Assembly (NCBI GenBank): GCA_016874845.1 | Contig: VGSZ01000003.1 | Location: 3,146 to 67,145 of the forward strand | Direction: 5' to 3' | Length of the DNA: 64,000 nucleotides | Source: Deltaproteobacteria bacterium | GTDB taxonomy: Bacteria; Myxococcota; UBA727; VGSZ01 | Shown here: positions 1 to 10,039 of the stretch, piece by piece | How the letters are laid out: the number at the start of each line of letters is the position of its first letter | Position numbering within the stretch: the first letter of the stretch is position 1 | Program-made: the position numbers and the translations under genes | Notes under the pieces: model-generated | The model's input: the letters and a program-made list of their open reading frames with translations, nothing else | Told to the model about the DNA's origin: nothing | The model's database searches: none

Positions 1-282
1 TTCCACCGTTCCAACGACGACCTGTATTTCAACGACCCCCTCGCCTTCCTGCCGAACCTGTCGGGCGGGCCGCTCGAGTACGTGCGTCGGCGCGTACACC
101 TGACCGTCGTTGTCGGCCGCGGTGCGCACGAAGAGGGTTGCATCCGCGAGACCGCCGAGTTTGGTGGCTGGCTGAAGAACAAGGGCATCCCCCACCATCT
201 GGCGTTCTGGGGCGAGGACAGCCGCCACGACTACGTGTGGTGGCGCCGGCAGGCTTTGCACTACCTGAACCAGCTGTTCTGA
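1..282 (+). CDS. 3' fragment of an esterase-family (putative esterase / enterochelin-esterase-like alpha/beta hydrolase) gene; 5' end lies outside the window
   Basis: Frame 1 is open from base 1 and ends ...WGEDSRHDYVWWRRQALHYLNQLF*. The C-terminal W-x-W-R-Q motif is typical of the esterase D/Fes family. GC3 is high. Confidence 0.45.
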   Translation, partial: FHRSNDDLYFNDPLAFLPNLSGGPLEYVRRRVHLTVVVGRGAHEEGCIRETAEFGGWLKNKGIPHHLAFWGEDSRHDYVWWRRQALHYLNQLF

Positions 283-663
283 CCGCGGGTCCGACAGGTA
301 GACAGCGCCACCGTCGCGTTGCGGCGAGCGTCGCGCGGGCGGGTCTGGAACGGCGCCGATCTGGTCGTGACCGACCGGCGCTTTCCAGTGCGGGCGCGTC
401 GCTGGGGCGCGTGGGCACGGCGGCTGCGTCGGTGGCAGCGTCTCCGCCGGTCCGGACCGGCGGGGCGACCACAGGATGGAGCGGCCAGCGCGCCTTCGGA
501 CGCGGGTCTGGCGACGGGGCGCCGTGCGGACGGTGCCTCAGGTGGACGCCGAAGTCGTCGAGGCCTCGCCCTCGACGTCGTCGGGGCGTGCGTGGGGGCG
601 GGCCGCGCGCAGACACCACTGCCCAGGGAGGGCCCTTCGGGAGAAGTGCGCCCGCGCTCCGGA

Positions 664-1515
664 ATGCGCTACCACCCAGCGGCCATGACCTCGTCCCCGC
701 CCCGCCCGCCGGGCCACCACGCCTACTACGACGACGCCCACGCCTACGACGTCGCCTTCGGCTACCGCGACGTGGACGTCGAGCTCGAATTCCTGCTCGC
801 CGCTGCCCGCCGCCACGGCACCGGCGCCACGACGTCGTTCCTCGAGCTGGCCTCCGGCCCCGGCTACCACGCGGGGGCAGCGGCGCGACGCGGCCTGCGC
901 TCCGTCGCTCTCGATCTCTCGGCCCCGATGATCGAGCGCGCGCGCGCCCGCGCCGCCCGCGAAGGCGTCATCGTCGAGGGGCTCGTCGCCAACATGGCCG
1001 ACTTCCGCCTGTCGCAACCGGTCGACCTCGCGTGCAACCTGCTGACCTCGATCAGCTACCTGACGTCGACGAAGGCGCTGCATGAGCACTTCGCCTGCGT
1101 CGCCCGCGCGCTGCGGCCCGGCGGTGTCTACGTCGTCGAGAACAACCACCCCGACGACTTCTGGACCCGCGCGCACTTCGAGCCGTCGCGCTGGACGATG
1201 ACCGCCACCGAGGGCGACCGCACCCTCGAGGTCTTCACGTCGTGGATCGACGAGCCGCCGGTCATTCACCTCGTGGCCCAGACCTACACCGTGAAGGCCC
1301 GCACCGAGGTGACCGACACGACGCCCGCCGGCGTGGCGCGCCGCACGCTGATCGACCACGCGACGCTGCGCATGATCTGGCCGCAGGAGCTCGTCGCCCA
1401 CGCCCACGCCCACGGCCTCGCGCTCGCGCGCTTCTACGGCGCCCTCGACCTCGACGTCGCCATCGAGGATGCCCGCGCCTGGCGCACCGTCGCCGTGTTC
1501 GTCAAGACCTCCTGA
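664..1515 (+). CDS. Class I SAM-dependent methyltransferase
   Basis: ORF 319..1515, with ATG chosen at MRYHPAAM. Motif LELASGPGYH (GxGxG SAM-binding), acidic-loop DLS and VVENNHPDDFW. The upstream in-frame part is Arg-rich junk. Confidence 0.7.
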   Translation: MRYHPAAMTSSPPRPPGHHAYYDDAHAYDVAFGYRDVDVELEFLLAAARRHGTGATTSFLELASGPGYHAGAAARRGLRSVALDLSAPMIERARARAAREGVIVEGLVANMADFRLSQPVDLACNLLTSISYLTSTKALHEHFACVARALRPGGVYVVENNHPDDFWTRAHFEPSRWTMTATEGDRTLEVFTSWIDEPPVIHLVAQTYTVKARTEVTDTTPAGVARRTLIDHATLRMIWPQELVAHAHAHGLALARFYGALDLDVAIEDARAWRTVAVFVKTS

Positions 1516-1549
1516 CCGTCACCGGCCACCCACCACGACGGAGCACGAC

Positions 1550-1969
1550 ATGCCGAAGATCGCCGCCCTCGACCACATCGCCATCGCCTGTCCCGACCTC
1601 GACGTCGCTCTTGCCTTCTGGCAGCAGCAGCTCGGTCTGACCTGCTCCCACGTCGAGGAGCTGCCCGCCCGCGGCATCAAGGTCGCGTTCCTGCCCGTCG
1701 GCGACACCCGCATCGAGCTGGTCGCGCCGCTGCACGACAAGAGCGAGGTCAGCAAGTTCCTCGCCGACCGCGGCGGCGGCATCCACCACATCGCGCTGCG
1801 CACGCCGACGGTCGACGCCGACGTCCAGGAGATGGCCGACAAGGGCGCGCGCATCGCGCAGCCGCCGTCGCCGGGCGCCCACGACTGCCGCGTCGCCTTC
1901 GTGCACCCGAAGTCGACGGGCGGCGTGCTGCTCGAGCTGTCGACGCCGCCCGCCAACGCGACACACTGA
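1550..1969 (+). CDS. Methylmalonyl-CoA epimerase (VOC/glyoxalase-family)
   Basis: MPKIAALDHIAIACPDLDVALAFWQQQLGL...HHIALRTP...VAFVHPKSTGGVLLEL is the classic MCE/glyoxalase fold signature. Size is ~139 aa. Confidence 0.7.
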   Translation: MPKIAALDHIAIACPDLDVALAFWQQQLGLTCSHVEELPARGIKVAFLPVGDTRIELVAPLHDKSEVSKFLADRGGGIHHIALRTPTVDADVQEMADKGARIAQPPSPGAHDCRVAFVHPKSTGGVLLELSTPPANATH

Positions 1970-2080
1970 CGGCGCAAGGACGCCACGACGTTCGAAGTCG
2001 TCGGCCAGCGTCGATCCAGCGGGTCACGCTGTCGACGCCATGGGAAGCACGGCGGGCCTCGCCGGGGAAGGTGGTCGACG

Positions 2081-3928
2081 GTGGAACTCCTGACCGATGC
2101 GCTCGTCCTGCTGGTCGGGGCCTGTGTCGCTGTGCCGCTGTTCAAGCGGCTGAAGCTCGGCGCGATCCTCGGCTACCTCGCTGCTGGCGTCGTGCTTGGG
2201 CCGCACGCCTTCGGCTTCGTCCGCGAAGCCGAGAGCATGCTGCACTTCTCCGAGCTCGGCGTCGTCTTCTTCCTGTTCCTGGTCGGCCTCGAGCTCGAGC
2301 CGCGTCGCCTGTGGGAGCTGCGCCGCAGCGTCTTCGGCCTCGGCAACGCCCAGCTGCTGCTCACGATGGCGGTGATCGGCGGCGCGTTGTTGGTCGCCGG
2401 GGTGGCGCCCGCCGCCGCCTTCCTCGCCGGCACCGGTCTCGCGTTGTCATCGACGGCCATCGCGCTGCAGCTGCTCGCCGAGCGGGGCGAGGGCCACTCG
2501 CCGGCGGCGCGCAGCGGCTTTGCGATCCTGCTCTTCCAGGACATCGCCGTCATCCCGATCCTCGCCGCCATCCCGCTGCTGTCCGGCGCCGGTGGCTCGA
2601 CGAGCCTCGGCGCGACGGCGTGGGCGTTCGCCAAGGGGCTGGGCGCGATCGGCCTCGTCGTCGTCGGCGGCCGGGTCGTGGTCCGCCCTGTGTTCCGCTT
2701 CATCGCGACGTCGCGCGTCCACGAGATCTCGGTGGCCGTCGCGCTGCTCGTCGTCGTCGGCGCCGGCGCTTTGATGACGTCGGTCGGGCTCTCGATGGGG
2801 ATGGGCGCGTTCCTCGCCGGTGTGCTCCTCGCCGACTGCGAGTATCGGCACGAGCTCGAAGCCAACGTCGAGCCGTTCAAGGGCCTGCTGCTCGGCCTGT
2901 TCTTCCTGTCGATCGGCATGACCGCCGACGTGGGGCTGTTCCTCGTCAAGCCGCTCGTGATCGCCGGCGGCGTCGTCGGCTTGCTCCTCGTCAAGGCGCT
3001 GGTCGTCTGGGAGATCGGTCGGCGCGCCGGCTGGTCGTCGCGCAGCCGACTGTTGGTCGCCGTGGCGATGGCCGAGGGGGGCGAGTTCGGCTTCGTGCTC
3101 TTCGCGGCGGCGACCAGCGCGCAGGTCATGACCGCCGACATGGCCAACACGCTGGTGATCATCGTCTCGACGTCGATGGCGGCGACGCCGCTGGCGATGC
3201 TCGTGGTCGATCGCCTGCTTCTGCGGTTCGCCGCCCACGCGCCGACGCGCGAGTTCGATTCGCTCGACGACGCACATCACCCAATCATCATCGCGGGCTT
3301 CGGCCGCTACGGGCAGATCGTCGGCCGCGCCTTGACTGTGCATGGGTACACGGTCACCGCCCTCGAATCGTCGACGGAGCAGATCGACTTCCTCCGCAAG
3401 TTCGGCCTGAAGATCTACTACGGCGACGCGTCACGCCTCGACCTGCTGCGGGCCGCGCGCGCCGAGGAGGCCCGCGCCTTCATCCTCGCCATCGACGACG
3501 TCGAGGCCAGCGTGCGCACCGCGACGGTGGTGAAGCAGAACTTCCCGTCGTTGCCCATCTACGCGCGTGCGCGGAACCGGCAGCACGCCTACAAGCTGAT
3601 GGCTCTGGGCGTCCAGCTCGTGACCCGCGAGACCTTCTACTCGGCGGCCCACGCCGCCGAGCGGGTACTGCGTGACCTCGGCATGGAACCCGAGGACGCT
3701 CGGGAGTCGATGGATCTCTTCGTCCGTCGCGACGAAGAGATCCTCGCCCGCCAGTTCGCCGTGCACCACGACGAGCAGCAGCTCATCCAGACCGCGAAGC
3801 AGTCCCGCGAGGAGCTGCAGGCGATCTTCGAGGAGGACGCGTTGAAGCGTGCCCAGCGGCGGGCGGCAATCGTACCAGCCGTCGACTCTGAGGCCGCGCC
3901 GCCCGCGCGCGACAAGCCCGCGTCGTAG
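2081..3928 (+). CDS. kefC: Glutathione-regulated K+/H+ antiporter of KefB/KefC type (CPA2 transporter + C-terminal RCK/TrkA-N domain)
   Basis: GTG start. 615 aa with a multi-TM Na+/H+ exchanger-like N-terminus (LFLVGLELEP, QDIAVIPIL). Rossmann motif IIIAGFGRYGQIVGRAL of the RCK_N domain. Length is typical of KefC. Confidence 0.8.
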   Translation: MELLTDALVLLVGACVAVPLFKRLKLGAILGYLAAGVVLGPHAFGFVREAESMLHFSELGVVFFLFLVGLELEPRRLWELRRSVFGLGNAQLLLTMAVIGGALLVAGVAPAAAFLAGTGLALSSTAIALQLLAERGEGHSPAARSGFAILLFQDIAVIPILAAIPLLSGAGGSTSLGATAWAFAKGLGAIGLVVVGGRVVVRPVFRFIATSRVHEISVAVALLVVVGAGALMTSVGLSMGMGAFLAGVLLADCEYRHELEANVEPFKGLLLGLFFLSIGMTADVGLFLVKPLVIAGGVVGLLLVKALVVWEIGRRAGWSSRSRLLVAVAMAEGGEFGFVLFAAATSAQVMTADMANTLVIIVSTSMAATPLAMLVVDRLLLRFAAHAPTREFDSLDDAHHPIIIAGFGRYGQIVGRALTVHGYTVTALESSTEQIDFLRKFGLKIYYGDASRLDLLRAARAEEARAFILAIDDVEASVRTATVVKQNFPSLPIYARARNRQHAYKLMALGVQLVTRETFYSAAHAAERVLRDLGMEPEDARESMDLFVRRDEEILARQFAVHHDEQQLIQTAKQSREELQAIFEEDALKRAQRRAAIVPAVDSEAAPPARDKPAS

Positions 3929-4015
3929 CGACGCGGCTCGCCTCCCTGAATCGATCGCCGGACCGAAGCGGCCGCTTTCTTTCATCCCCCGCCGGAAGCG
4001 GCAATCCTGCGCCCC

Positions 4016-6586
4016 GTGCAAGGCGACCAGGCAACGCCCGACGACCGCCCGTGGCCCGAGCGGCTCGACGAGTTCGTCGAGTCCCGCGGCGCCCGCGTGC
4101 TGCTGGCCATCCTGGTCATCCTCTCGCTGCTGCCCCTCGGCGCCTTCGACCTCGCGCTGCGCCCGCTGTTCCTGTTCGTGTTCGGCGGCGAGCTCGCCGT
4201 TCGCTTCGCGCTGTGGCGGCGGGGCACGCGGTCGACGACGCCCTCCGGCGTGCTGTTTGGCGTCGCCGACGCGCTGGCCTTCGTGTCGTTCCTGCCGCTC
4301 GAGCATGTCGTCGCCGGCTCGGCGGTGCAGGCGCTGGCGCTGCTGCGCCTGACGCGGCTCTTCCTGCTGGTGCGCTTCGCTCGCGACCTGGCCCGCGACA
4401 TCTACGCGATCCTGACCCGGCGCGAGCAGCTGCAGACCCTCAGCCTCGTCACCGGCGCCGTCATCGTGCTGTCGTTCGTCGCCGCCGTGATCCTGTCGCA
4501 GCTCGCCATCGACGTGGGCGACCAGCTCAGCGCCGCAACGTTCGTCGAGCGGCTGTGGTGGTCGTTCCGCCAGCTGGAGAGCGCCGACAATCTCGTGCAG
4601 CACCTGCGCGGCCACCCGGTGCTGACGCTTCTGTCGCTGGGGCTCACGCTCACCGGCGTCTTCCTGATCTCGTTCATCATCGGCGTCGGCGCCAACATCG
4701 TCGATCAGGTCGTGCGCGCCGAGCGCCGCCGCGTGCTCGCCTACCGCGGCCACACCGTCGTCGTCGGCGCCGTGCACGCCGGCGAGGACCTCGTCCGCGA
4801 GTTCGTGCGGATGTACGCCAAGAACCGCCAGATCCCGTCGCCCGAGCGCCTGTGGACGTGGCTGCGCTACGCCCGCCCGTCGGGGCCGCGCACGTTTCCG
4901 CGCGTCGCGCTGTTGTCGCGCGAAGACGAGCCGCCCGACTACCTCGTCGAGCCGATCATGCGCTGGGTGGTCTACCGACAAGGCGACGAGAGCGAGCCCG
5001 AGAGCCTGCGCCGCGTCGCCGCCGGCGCCGCCAAGCGGGCCATCGTGCTCGCCCACCATCGCCTCGGCTGGGAGTCCGACGCCCTCACCATCTCGACGGT
5101 GGCGGCGCTGCGCGCCCAGAACCGCCACTGCCACATCTACGCCGAGGTCGACGACGCCGGCGCGCGTGACCTCCTGCTCGACGTCGGCGGCGACAACACC
5201 GTCGCCCTCGACTTGCCGCGCTTCCTCGGGCTGTTCCTGTGCCAGCACCTGCTCATCCCTGGCGTTGAGCGGCTGTACCGCGATCTGCTCACCGCCGACG
5301 GCAGCGAGCTGTACACGCACATCTACGTCGACGCCGCCGATCACGTCGCGCTGGCGTCGCCGGGCGGCAGCCTCGCGTGGGACGACCTCGTAGCCCGCGC
5401 CGCCGAGCACGGCATCGCGCTGGTGGGCGTCTACGTCGGCGCCCAGCCGGTGACGCTGAACGCCCGCGGCGTCGTGCCGATGGCGGGCCTCGTGCGCTGG
5501 CTGAACCCTGGCGCCGACGTTGACGACCCCCGCCTCCTCGCCCTCGGCGGCCGCCGCGGCGCCGTCCCCGCGGACAAGCTGCGGGGCGTCATCGCGTTCT
5601 CATCGGGCTACCTGCCGGTGCGTGCGTTTGCCGCTGCCGTCGTCGCCCAGCGTCCGCTGCCGACCAGACCGCCGCCGCCGACGGCGGACGTGGTGGCGAC
5701 CTTGTCGGCGAGCCTGCAGGGCTTGCCGCGTGGACCATCGCGCGTCGCGCTGATCGGCTACTCCGAGGCGCTGCCGTCGCTGCTGCACGAGCTCGCCCGC
5801 TTCGTGCCCGGCGTCGACGTGAAGCTCTTCCTGTCGGCGCGCGGGGACGAGCGCGTGCCGCTTCCGCGCCGGCTCGCCGCGCTGCGCGTGGGGCTCGATG
5901 AGGACCCTGCGCTGCCGGGCCGGGACGGCTGTGTGCTGAGCCTCGAGCACGGGGGACGGCTCGAGATCTTCACCCACGACGCGCCCGATCTGGCCCACTT
6001 CGCCGTCACCCGCATGCGCGAGGCCGTCGACGCCGCGGTCTTCCTGTCCGAGCCCGAAGGCGGCGACCGCGACGCCCGCACGACGATGCGCGTGCTGCGG
6101 TTCGTGCGCGCGCTCGAAGAGGGCCGCGTCCCCCGCGGCGACGGCCTGCACGTGCTCGCCGAGTTCCTCTCAGTCGACAAAGGCGAGCACGTGCAGCGTC
6201 ACGTCAACGCGCGTCGGTGCGGGTTCGCTCACGACGAAGCCGTGCGGCTGACATTGATCGCGAAGGAGACCATCAAGTCCTACTTCATGGTCCACTCGTC
6301 GTTCGTGCCTGGCGTCGCCGAGATCTACGACGAGCTGCTCGAAGAGCGCGGGCAGGACATCGTGCGCATCCCGTTCGTCAGCGCGCCCTCGTCCTCACCG
6401 CTGCCGGCCACGGTGTCGCTCCGCGACCTCACCGCGGCGCTGGCGGAGCGGCAGGCGATCCCCATCGGTCTCGAGTTGCGCGACGGGGTCAGGCTCGCCC
6501 CCGACGCTGACGCCCGCTTCGTCACCGCCGACGTCCGTGGCGTCTACGCCATCGCCGACAGCCACGCCGCGCGCGTTCGTCGTTGA
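4016..6586 (+). CDS. Putative ion channel with two tandem RCK-like cytoplasmic domains (CASTOR/POLLUX-like architecture)
   Basis: 856-aa ORF with GTG start. N-terminal TM helices are followed by a pore-like segment (QLESADNLVQH...LTLTGVFLISFIIGVGANIV). Two Rossmann-like segments follow (HTVVVGAVHAGEDLVREFV; VALIGYSEALPSLLHEL). Coding strand is supported by an Arg-rich antisense shadow ORF. Confidence 0.5.
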   Translation: MQGDQATPDDRPWPERLDEFVESRGARVLLAILVILSLLPLGAFDLALRPLFLFVFGGELAVRFALWRRGTRSTTPSGVLFGVADALAFVSFLPLEHVVAGSAVQALALLRLTRLFLLVRFARDLARDIYAILTRREQLQTLSLVTGAVIVLSFVAAVILSQLAIDVGDQLSAATFVERLWWSFRQLESADNLVQHLRGHPVLTLLSLGLTLTGVFLISFIIGVGANIVDQVVRAERRRVLAYRGHTVVVGAVHAGEDLVREFVRMYAKNRQIPSPERLWTWLRYARPSGPRTFPRVALLSREDEPPDYLVEPIMRWVVYRQGDESEPESLRRVAAGAAKRAIVLAHHRLGWESDALTISTVAALRAQNRHCHIYAEVDDAGARDLLLDVGGDNTVALDLPRFLGLFLCQHLLIPGVERLYRDLLTADGSELYTHIYVDAADHVALASPGGSLAWDDLVARAAEHGIALVGVYVGAQPVTLNARGVVPMAGLVRWLNPGADVDDPRLLALGGRRGAVPADKLRGVIAFSSGYLPVRAFAAAVVAQRPLPTRPPPPTADVVATLSASLQGLPRGPSRVALIGYSEALPSLLHELARFVPGVDVKLFLSARGDERVPLPRRLAALRVGLDEDPALPGRDGCVLSLEHGGRLEIFTHDAPDLAHFAVTRMREAVDAAVFLSEPEGGDRDARTTMRVLRFVRALEEGRVPRGDGLHVLAEFLSVDKGEHVQRHVNARRCGFAHDEAVRLTLIAKETIKSYFMVHSSFVPGVAEIYDELLEERGQDIVRIPFVSAPSSSPLPATVSLRDLTAALAERQAIPIGLELRDGVRLAPDADARFVTADVRGVYAIADSHAARVRR

Positions 6587-6631
6587 CGGCCGCAGCGCGT
6601 GCCGGCCACGCGGCGACGCGGACCGCGCGGG

Positions 6632-7348
6632 CTACGTCGTGGACGTGGACGTCACCCGCGGGCGCGCGGCCGCCGCTGTCGCGCCGAGCAGCGCAAGGGA
6701 ATCCACGACCGCGTCGGCGCCGAGCCGGGCGGCGACCTGCAGGCGGTGGGCGCCGTAGGCGACGACGATGGCGCGGCAGCCGGCGGCGCGGGCGGCGTCG
6801 ACGTCGCGCGCGGTGTCGCCGACCATCAGCGCGCGCGCCGGCGCGACACCCAGCGCCCGGCAGGCGACCTGGACGACGTCGGGGGCGGGCTTGGGGCGCA
6901 GCGGCGGGTCGGTGCCCTGCACGTGGGCGAAGTGGGGCAGCAGGCCGCAGGCCTGCAGCTGCTGCGTCGCCCGCGCCGTCGGCTTCGTCGTGCCGACGGC
7001 GAGCGGCAGCCCGCGGGCGCGCAACAGCGCGAGGCCGTCGACGACGCCGGGCAGGGCGGGCGGGTTCTTGTCGGGGTGCTCGTCGTGGTGGTGGACGTAG
7101 CGGGCGACGAAGTGCGCGCGGCGCGCCGGGTCGGCGTCGTCGACGAAGCAGGCGTACAGCTCGTCGAGCGGCGCGCCGAGGTGGTCGGCGACGGCAGCCT
7201 CGTCCACGTCACGGCCGATGTCGCCGAAAGCGAGGCTGGCGGCGGCGCAGATCGCCTTCTCCGAGTCGATGAGCGTTCCGTCGAGGTCGAAGACGACCCC
7301 GTCGACGCCGTCGAGCAGGCCGGGCGGCAGCCGCTGCAAGAGGCTCAC
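6632..7348 (-). CDS. HAD-superfamily hydrolase (phosphoglycolate-phosphatase-like)
   Basis: GTG start. Motifs VVFDLDGTLIDSE (HAD motif I DxDGT), GTTKP (motif II) and MVGDTARDVDAARAAG (motif IV). The start overlaps the upstream gene stop (GTGA). Confidence 0.7.
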   Translation of the reverse strand: MSLLQRLPPGLLDGVDGVVFDLDGTLIDSEKAICAAASLAFGDIGRDVDEAAVADHLGAPLDELYACFVDDADPARRAHFVARYVHHHDEHPDKNPPALPGVVDGLALLRARGLPLAVGTTKPTARATQQLQACGLLPHFAHVQGTDPPLRPKPAPDVVQVACRALGVAPARALMVGDTARDVDAARAAGCRAIVVAYGAHRLQVAARLGADAVVDSLALLGATAAAARPRVTSTSTT

Positions 7349-9777
7349 GCGTGCCCCGCCCGGCGGCGGCGCAGGCCCCGCAGGGCAAACAGCCCGAACA
7401 GGGTCAGCAGCGGGGCCGCGGGCGACGAGCGGCCGCCGGTGTCGCAGCCGCAGCCACCGACCGCGCAGGCACCGGCGAAGTCGAGGACACGTACGTCGTC
7501 GATGGCGGCCTCGAGGCTGCCGTTGCCGCTGGCGATGAAGCGGATCGTGATCTGCTCGGGCACCTCACCGAGGGTCGCGCGCACGTCGATGCGGCCGACG
7601 ACCCAGCCATGGAAGCTGTCGGTGATGGTCTTGCCGGTGACGAAGGTCTTTTCGCCGTCGCCCGAGATCTGCGCTTCGAGCTTGTCGCCGTCCTCGCCGT
7701 CGAACCAGTAGGCGAAGCGCACCTCGGGCGCCGCGGCATCGGCGAGGCTGATCGCCGACGACCACACCGAGGTGTCGCCGTCGAGCTCGCCGCCCTCGCC
7801 CGGGTCGTCGTCGAGCAGGTTCGGCACGTGGTCGTTGCCTTGGCCGGTGACGAACGCGCCCTTGTTGCCCGGGCTCGCGTCGCGCTCGGGGCTGCGCTTG
7901 CTCATGTCACAGGTCATCTCGACGTTGTCGGTGAACGTGAACGCACCCTGACGACGCGCCGTCGTGCCGTCCTTGCCGTCGGGGTTGACGCCCCAGGTGT
8001 GCGACGCGTCGGCGAACTCCTCAGCGTACAGCGTGCGGTAGCCGGGGAACAGGTTCAGCTCCTCGCGCTGTGTCGCTGCGTTGTCGGCCTCGAGCGCCAG
8101 CGACAGCACCGTCGAGGTGCCGCACGGATACTCGGCGGCGATCTCGATCGGGATCTCGATGGTCTTCTGCTCGCCAGCGGCGATGCGACCGATGGCGAAC
8201 TCGGCGTCGACGCTGACGTGCTCGGCCGTATCGCCGTCGACGGAGACGCGCAGGATGGCGCCCTCGACGTCGGCGTACTTCGCGGTCACGGTGAAGGTCG
8301 CGGTGCCCCTGGCGCCCGGCTGCAGGCTGTCGCCGTCGACAGCGAGCTCACCGCCCGACAGGTCCATCTGCGCCAGCAGGCAGTCCTCGTTCATGTCGGT
8401 GCACAGGCGCAGGCGCTTCTCGGTGCGGTCGAGCCACCAGTCCTCCCACGTCGCCAGCGCGAGGTTCAGGTCGTCGGCGATCCCCTGGACCTGCGCGAGG
8501 GTCTGCCCCGGCCGCGTCAGCAGCACCACCGCCTGCCGGAACGTCTTCTGCGTCGCGTCGGGGTCGGGGCAGCGGTTACCCTCGGCGTCGACGACTTCCT
8601 GGATCGTGACGCCGACCTTCGTGCCCGTCGCGCCGATGCGCATGCCGTTGGCCTCGAGCAGCGCGTCCGACGGCAGCTGCAGCACCGCGTCGCCGGGGAT
8701 CGCCTGCCCGTCGATGCCGATCAGGTCGCGGCCCTGCACGTCGAAGCGGGCGCCGTCGATGAAGAAGAACGGCGTCGCCGACGCCACGGGGTTCGCCCCC
8801 AGCGTGTACAGGTCGAGGGTGTTGAAGCGGTCCATGTCGCCGACCAGATCGAACCGGTCACCGTCGACGATCCAGTCCCAGCCGTCCATCACCGAGGCGT
8901 CGGTGTCGACGAAGGCCGCCCAGTGCGAGCCGTCGCGCCCGAGCAGCTTGTTCGACACCGAGCCCGTGCGCGGGTCGACGAAGCGGAGGCCCGACCCCCA
9001 GCGGTGCGCGACCTCCTGGCCCAGCGTCGAGAACACCGCCGAGTCGAAGCTGTCGAAGGGGTGCACCACGCCGTCGTAGTTGCGATCCCAATCCTGCCAC
9101 GTCGCCAGCGAGTTCATGAACACGAAACCCTGCAGCTGCTCCAGCTGACCCTCGGCCTGGTTGAACAGGCAGCCGAACGTCTTGCCCTGGTTGAAGTTGC
9201 ACTCGCCGAGCCCGTCGGTGTCCTGCTTGATGGGGAAATAGTAGGCGGCGACGTTGGCGTCGGCGAAAGTCGTGAAGACGGTGACGAAGTCGATGGTGTC
9301 GCCGAACTGGCGCAGCACCACGCTCAGCATGTCGAACGCGCCGTTGTTGTGGTTGAACCCGATGCCGTTCTGCCCGTTCACGACGGTGTTGTTGGTGCCT
9401 TCGACGATCAGCACGCGTCCCTGCAGCTGCGGCGCAAATGCTCCGCCGACCAGCGGCGGCGCCTCGGGGGAGCGCAGCACGCGGTCGCCGGCGGGCGGCG
9501 GCGCGTGGGCCTCGACATCGTCGAAGACCGTCGCCGGGATCCGCGGCATCGCTGTGCGCTCGATCCACGCGCGGTCGATGACGCCGGGGCGCTTGCTGTG
9601 CAGCACGCGGGCGTTCGCCGGGTCGCTCTGCATCAGCGCATCGTCGACAGGGACCACGTTCTCGTGACCTTTGGCGGGTGGCGTCCGCTGGGGACGCGCA
9701 GCGAGGGCGGCAGGCGCGACGAGCGAGGCGACCAGCGGGAGCGTGCAGGCGGCGAACGGCAGACGGGAGCGGCGCAT
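7345..9777 (-). CDS. Large secreted protein with N-terminal signal peptide and C-terminal MYXO-CTERM-like sorting tail; function unknown
   Basis: ATG at MRRSRLPFAACTLPLVASLVAPAALAA (signal peptide). The C-terminus ...GGCGCDTGGRSSPAAPLLTLFGLFALRGLRRRRAGHA has a Cys cluster, a hydrophobic helix and an Arg-rich end, i.e. a MYXO-CTERM pattern. 810 aa, and the stop overlaps the HAD gene start. Confidence 0.65.
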   Translation of the reverse strand: MRRSRLPFAACTLPLVASLVAPAALAARPQRTPPAKGHENVVPVDDALMQSDPANARVLHSKRPGVIDRAWIERTAMPRIPATVFDDVEAHAPPPAGDRVLRSPEAPPLVGGAFAPQLQGRVLIVEGTNNTVVNGQNGIGFNHNNGAFDMLSVVLRQFGDTIDFVTVFTTFADANVAAYYFPIKQDTDGLGECNFNQGKTFGCLFNQAEGQLEQLQGFVFMNSLATWQDWDRNYDGVVHPFDSFDSAVFSTLGQEVAHRWGSGLRFVDPRTGSVSNKLLGRDGSHWAAFVDTDASVMDGWDWIVDGDRFDLVGDMDRFNTLDLYTLGANPVASATPFFFIDGARFDVQGRDLIGIDGQAIPGDAVLQLPSDALLEANGMRIGATGTKVGVTIQEVVDAEGNRCPDPDATQKTFRQAVVLLTRPGQTLAQVQGIADDLNLALATWEDWWLDRTEKRLRLCTDMNEDCLLAQMDLSGGELAVDGDSLQPGARGTATFTVTAKYADVEGAILRVSVDGDTAEHVSVDAEFAIGRIAAGEQKTIEIPIEIAAEYPCGTSTVLSLALEADNAATQREELNLFPGYRTLYAEEFADASHTWGVNPDGKDGTTARRQGAFTFTDNVEMTCDMSKRSPERDASPGNKGAFVTGQGNDHVPNLLDDDPGEGGELDGDTSVWSSAISLADAAAPEVRFAYWFDGEDGDKLEAQISGDGEKTFVTGKTITDSFHGWVVGRIDVRATLGEVPEQITIRFIASGNGSLEAAIDDVRVLDFAGACAVGGCGCDTGGRSSPAAPLLTLFGLFALRGLRRRRAGHA

Positions 9778-10039
9778 GGGACTCCGGGGGCGACGACAAG
9801 GCACAGGGACGACGCAGCGTGCGTGGGATGCACGCCCGCGCGAAAAGTCACGCCCACCGCAGCACAGGTGGTGCCAAATCCCCTCGGTCAACAGGCGGAT
9901 GGCACCGCAGACCGCACGCGAGGCCGCGCGGGACCGCCCGCGATCCGGCGCGATCGCGGCCGATCTGTCGACCATTGCTGCGACCCGTCGCGCTCGAACG
10001 CGCTCGATGACCCGTTCGCCGCGCGAGCCAACGAAGACC

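Noticed and set aside
138-1085. Long Arg/Pro/Gly-rich ORFs listed in the track (e.g. 138..1085, 29..619, 2071..3675, 3431..5410, 4051..5169, 6583..7272, 7351..10077, 17986..20880, 25858..27357, 34597..37446, 35261..36391, 59849..60484)
   Set aside because: They are in off-frames or antisense to motif-supported genes and have Arg/Ala/Pro/Gly-dominated low-complexity translations. These are typical of shadow ORFs in >70% GC DNA and carry no recognisable motifs.
3940-3995. Rho-independent terminator after kefC (GAAGCGGCCGCTTTCTTTC)
   Set aside because: The stem is short and essentially loop-less, so it is too weak to call. It is mentioned only as a possible weak hairpin.
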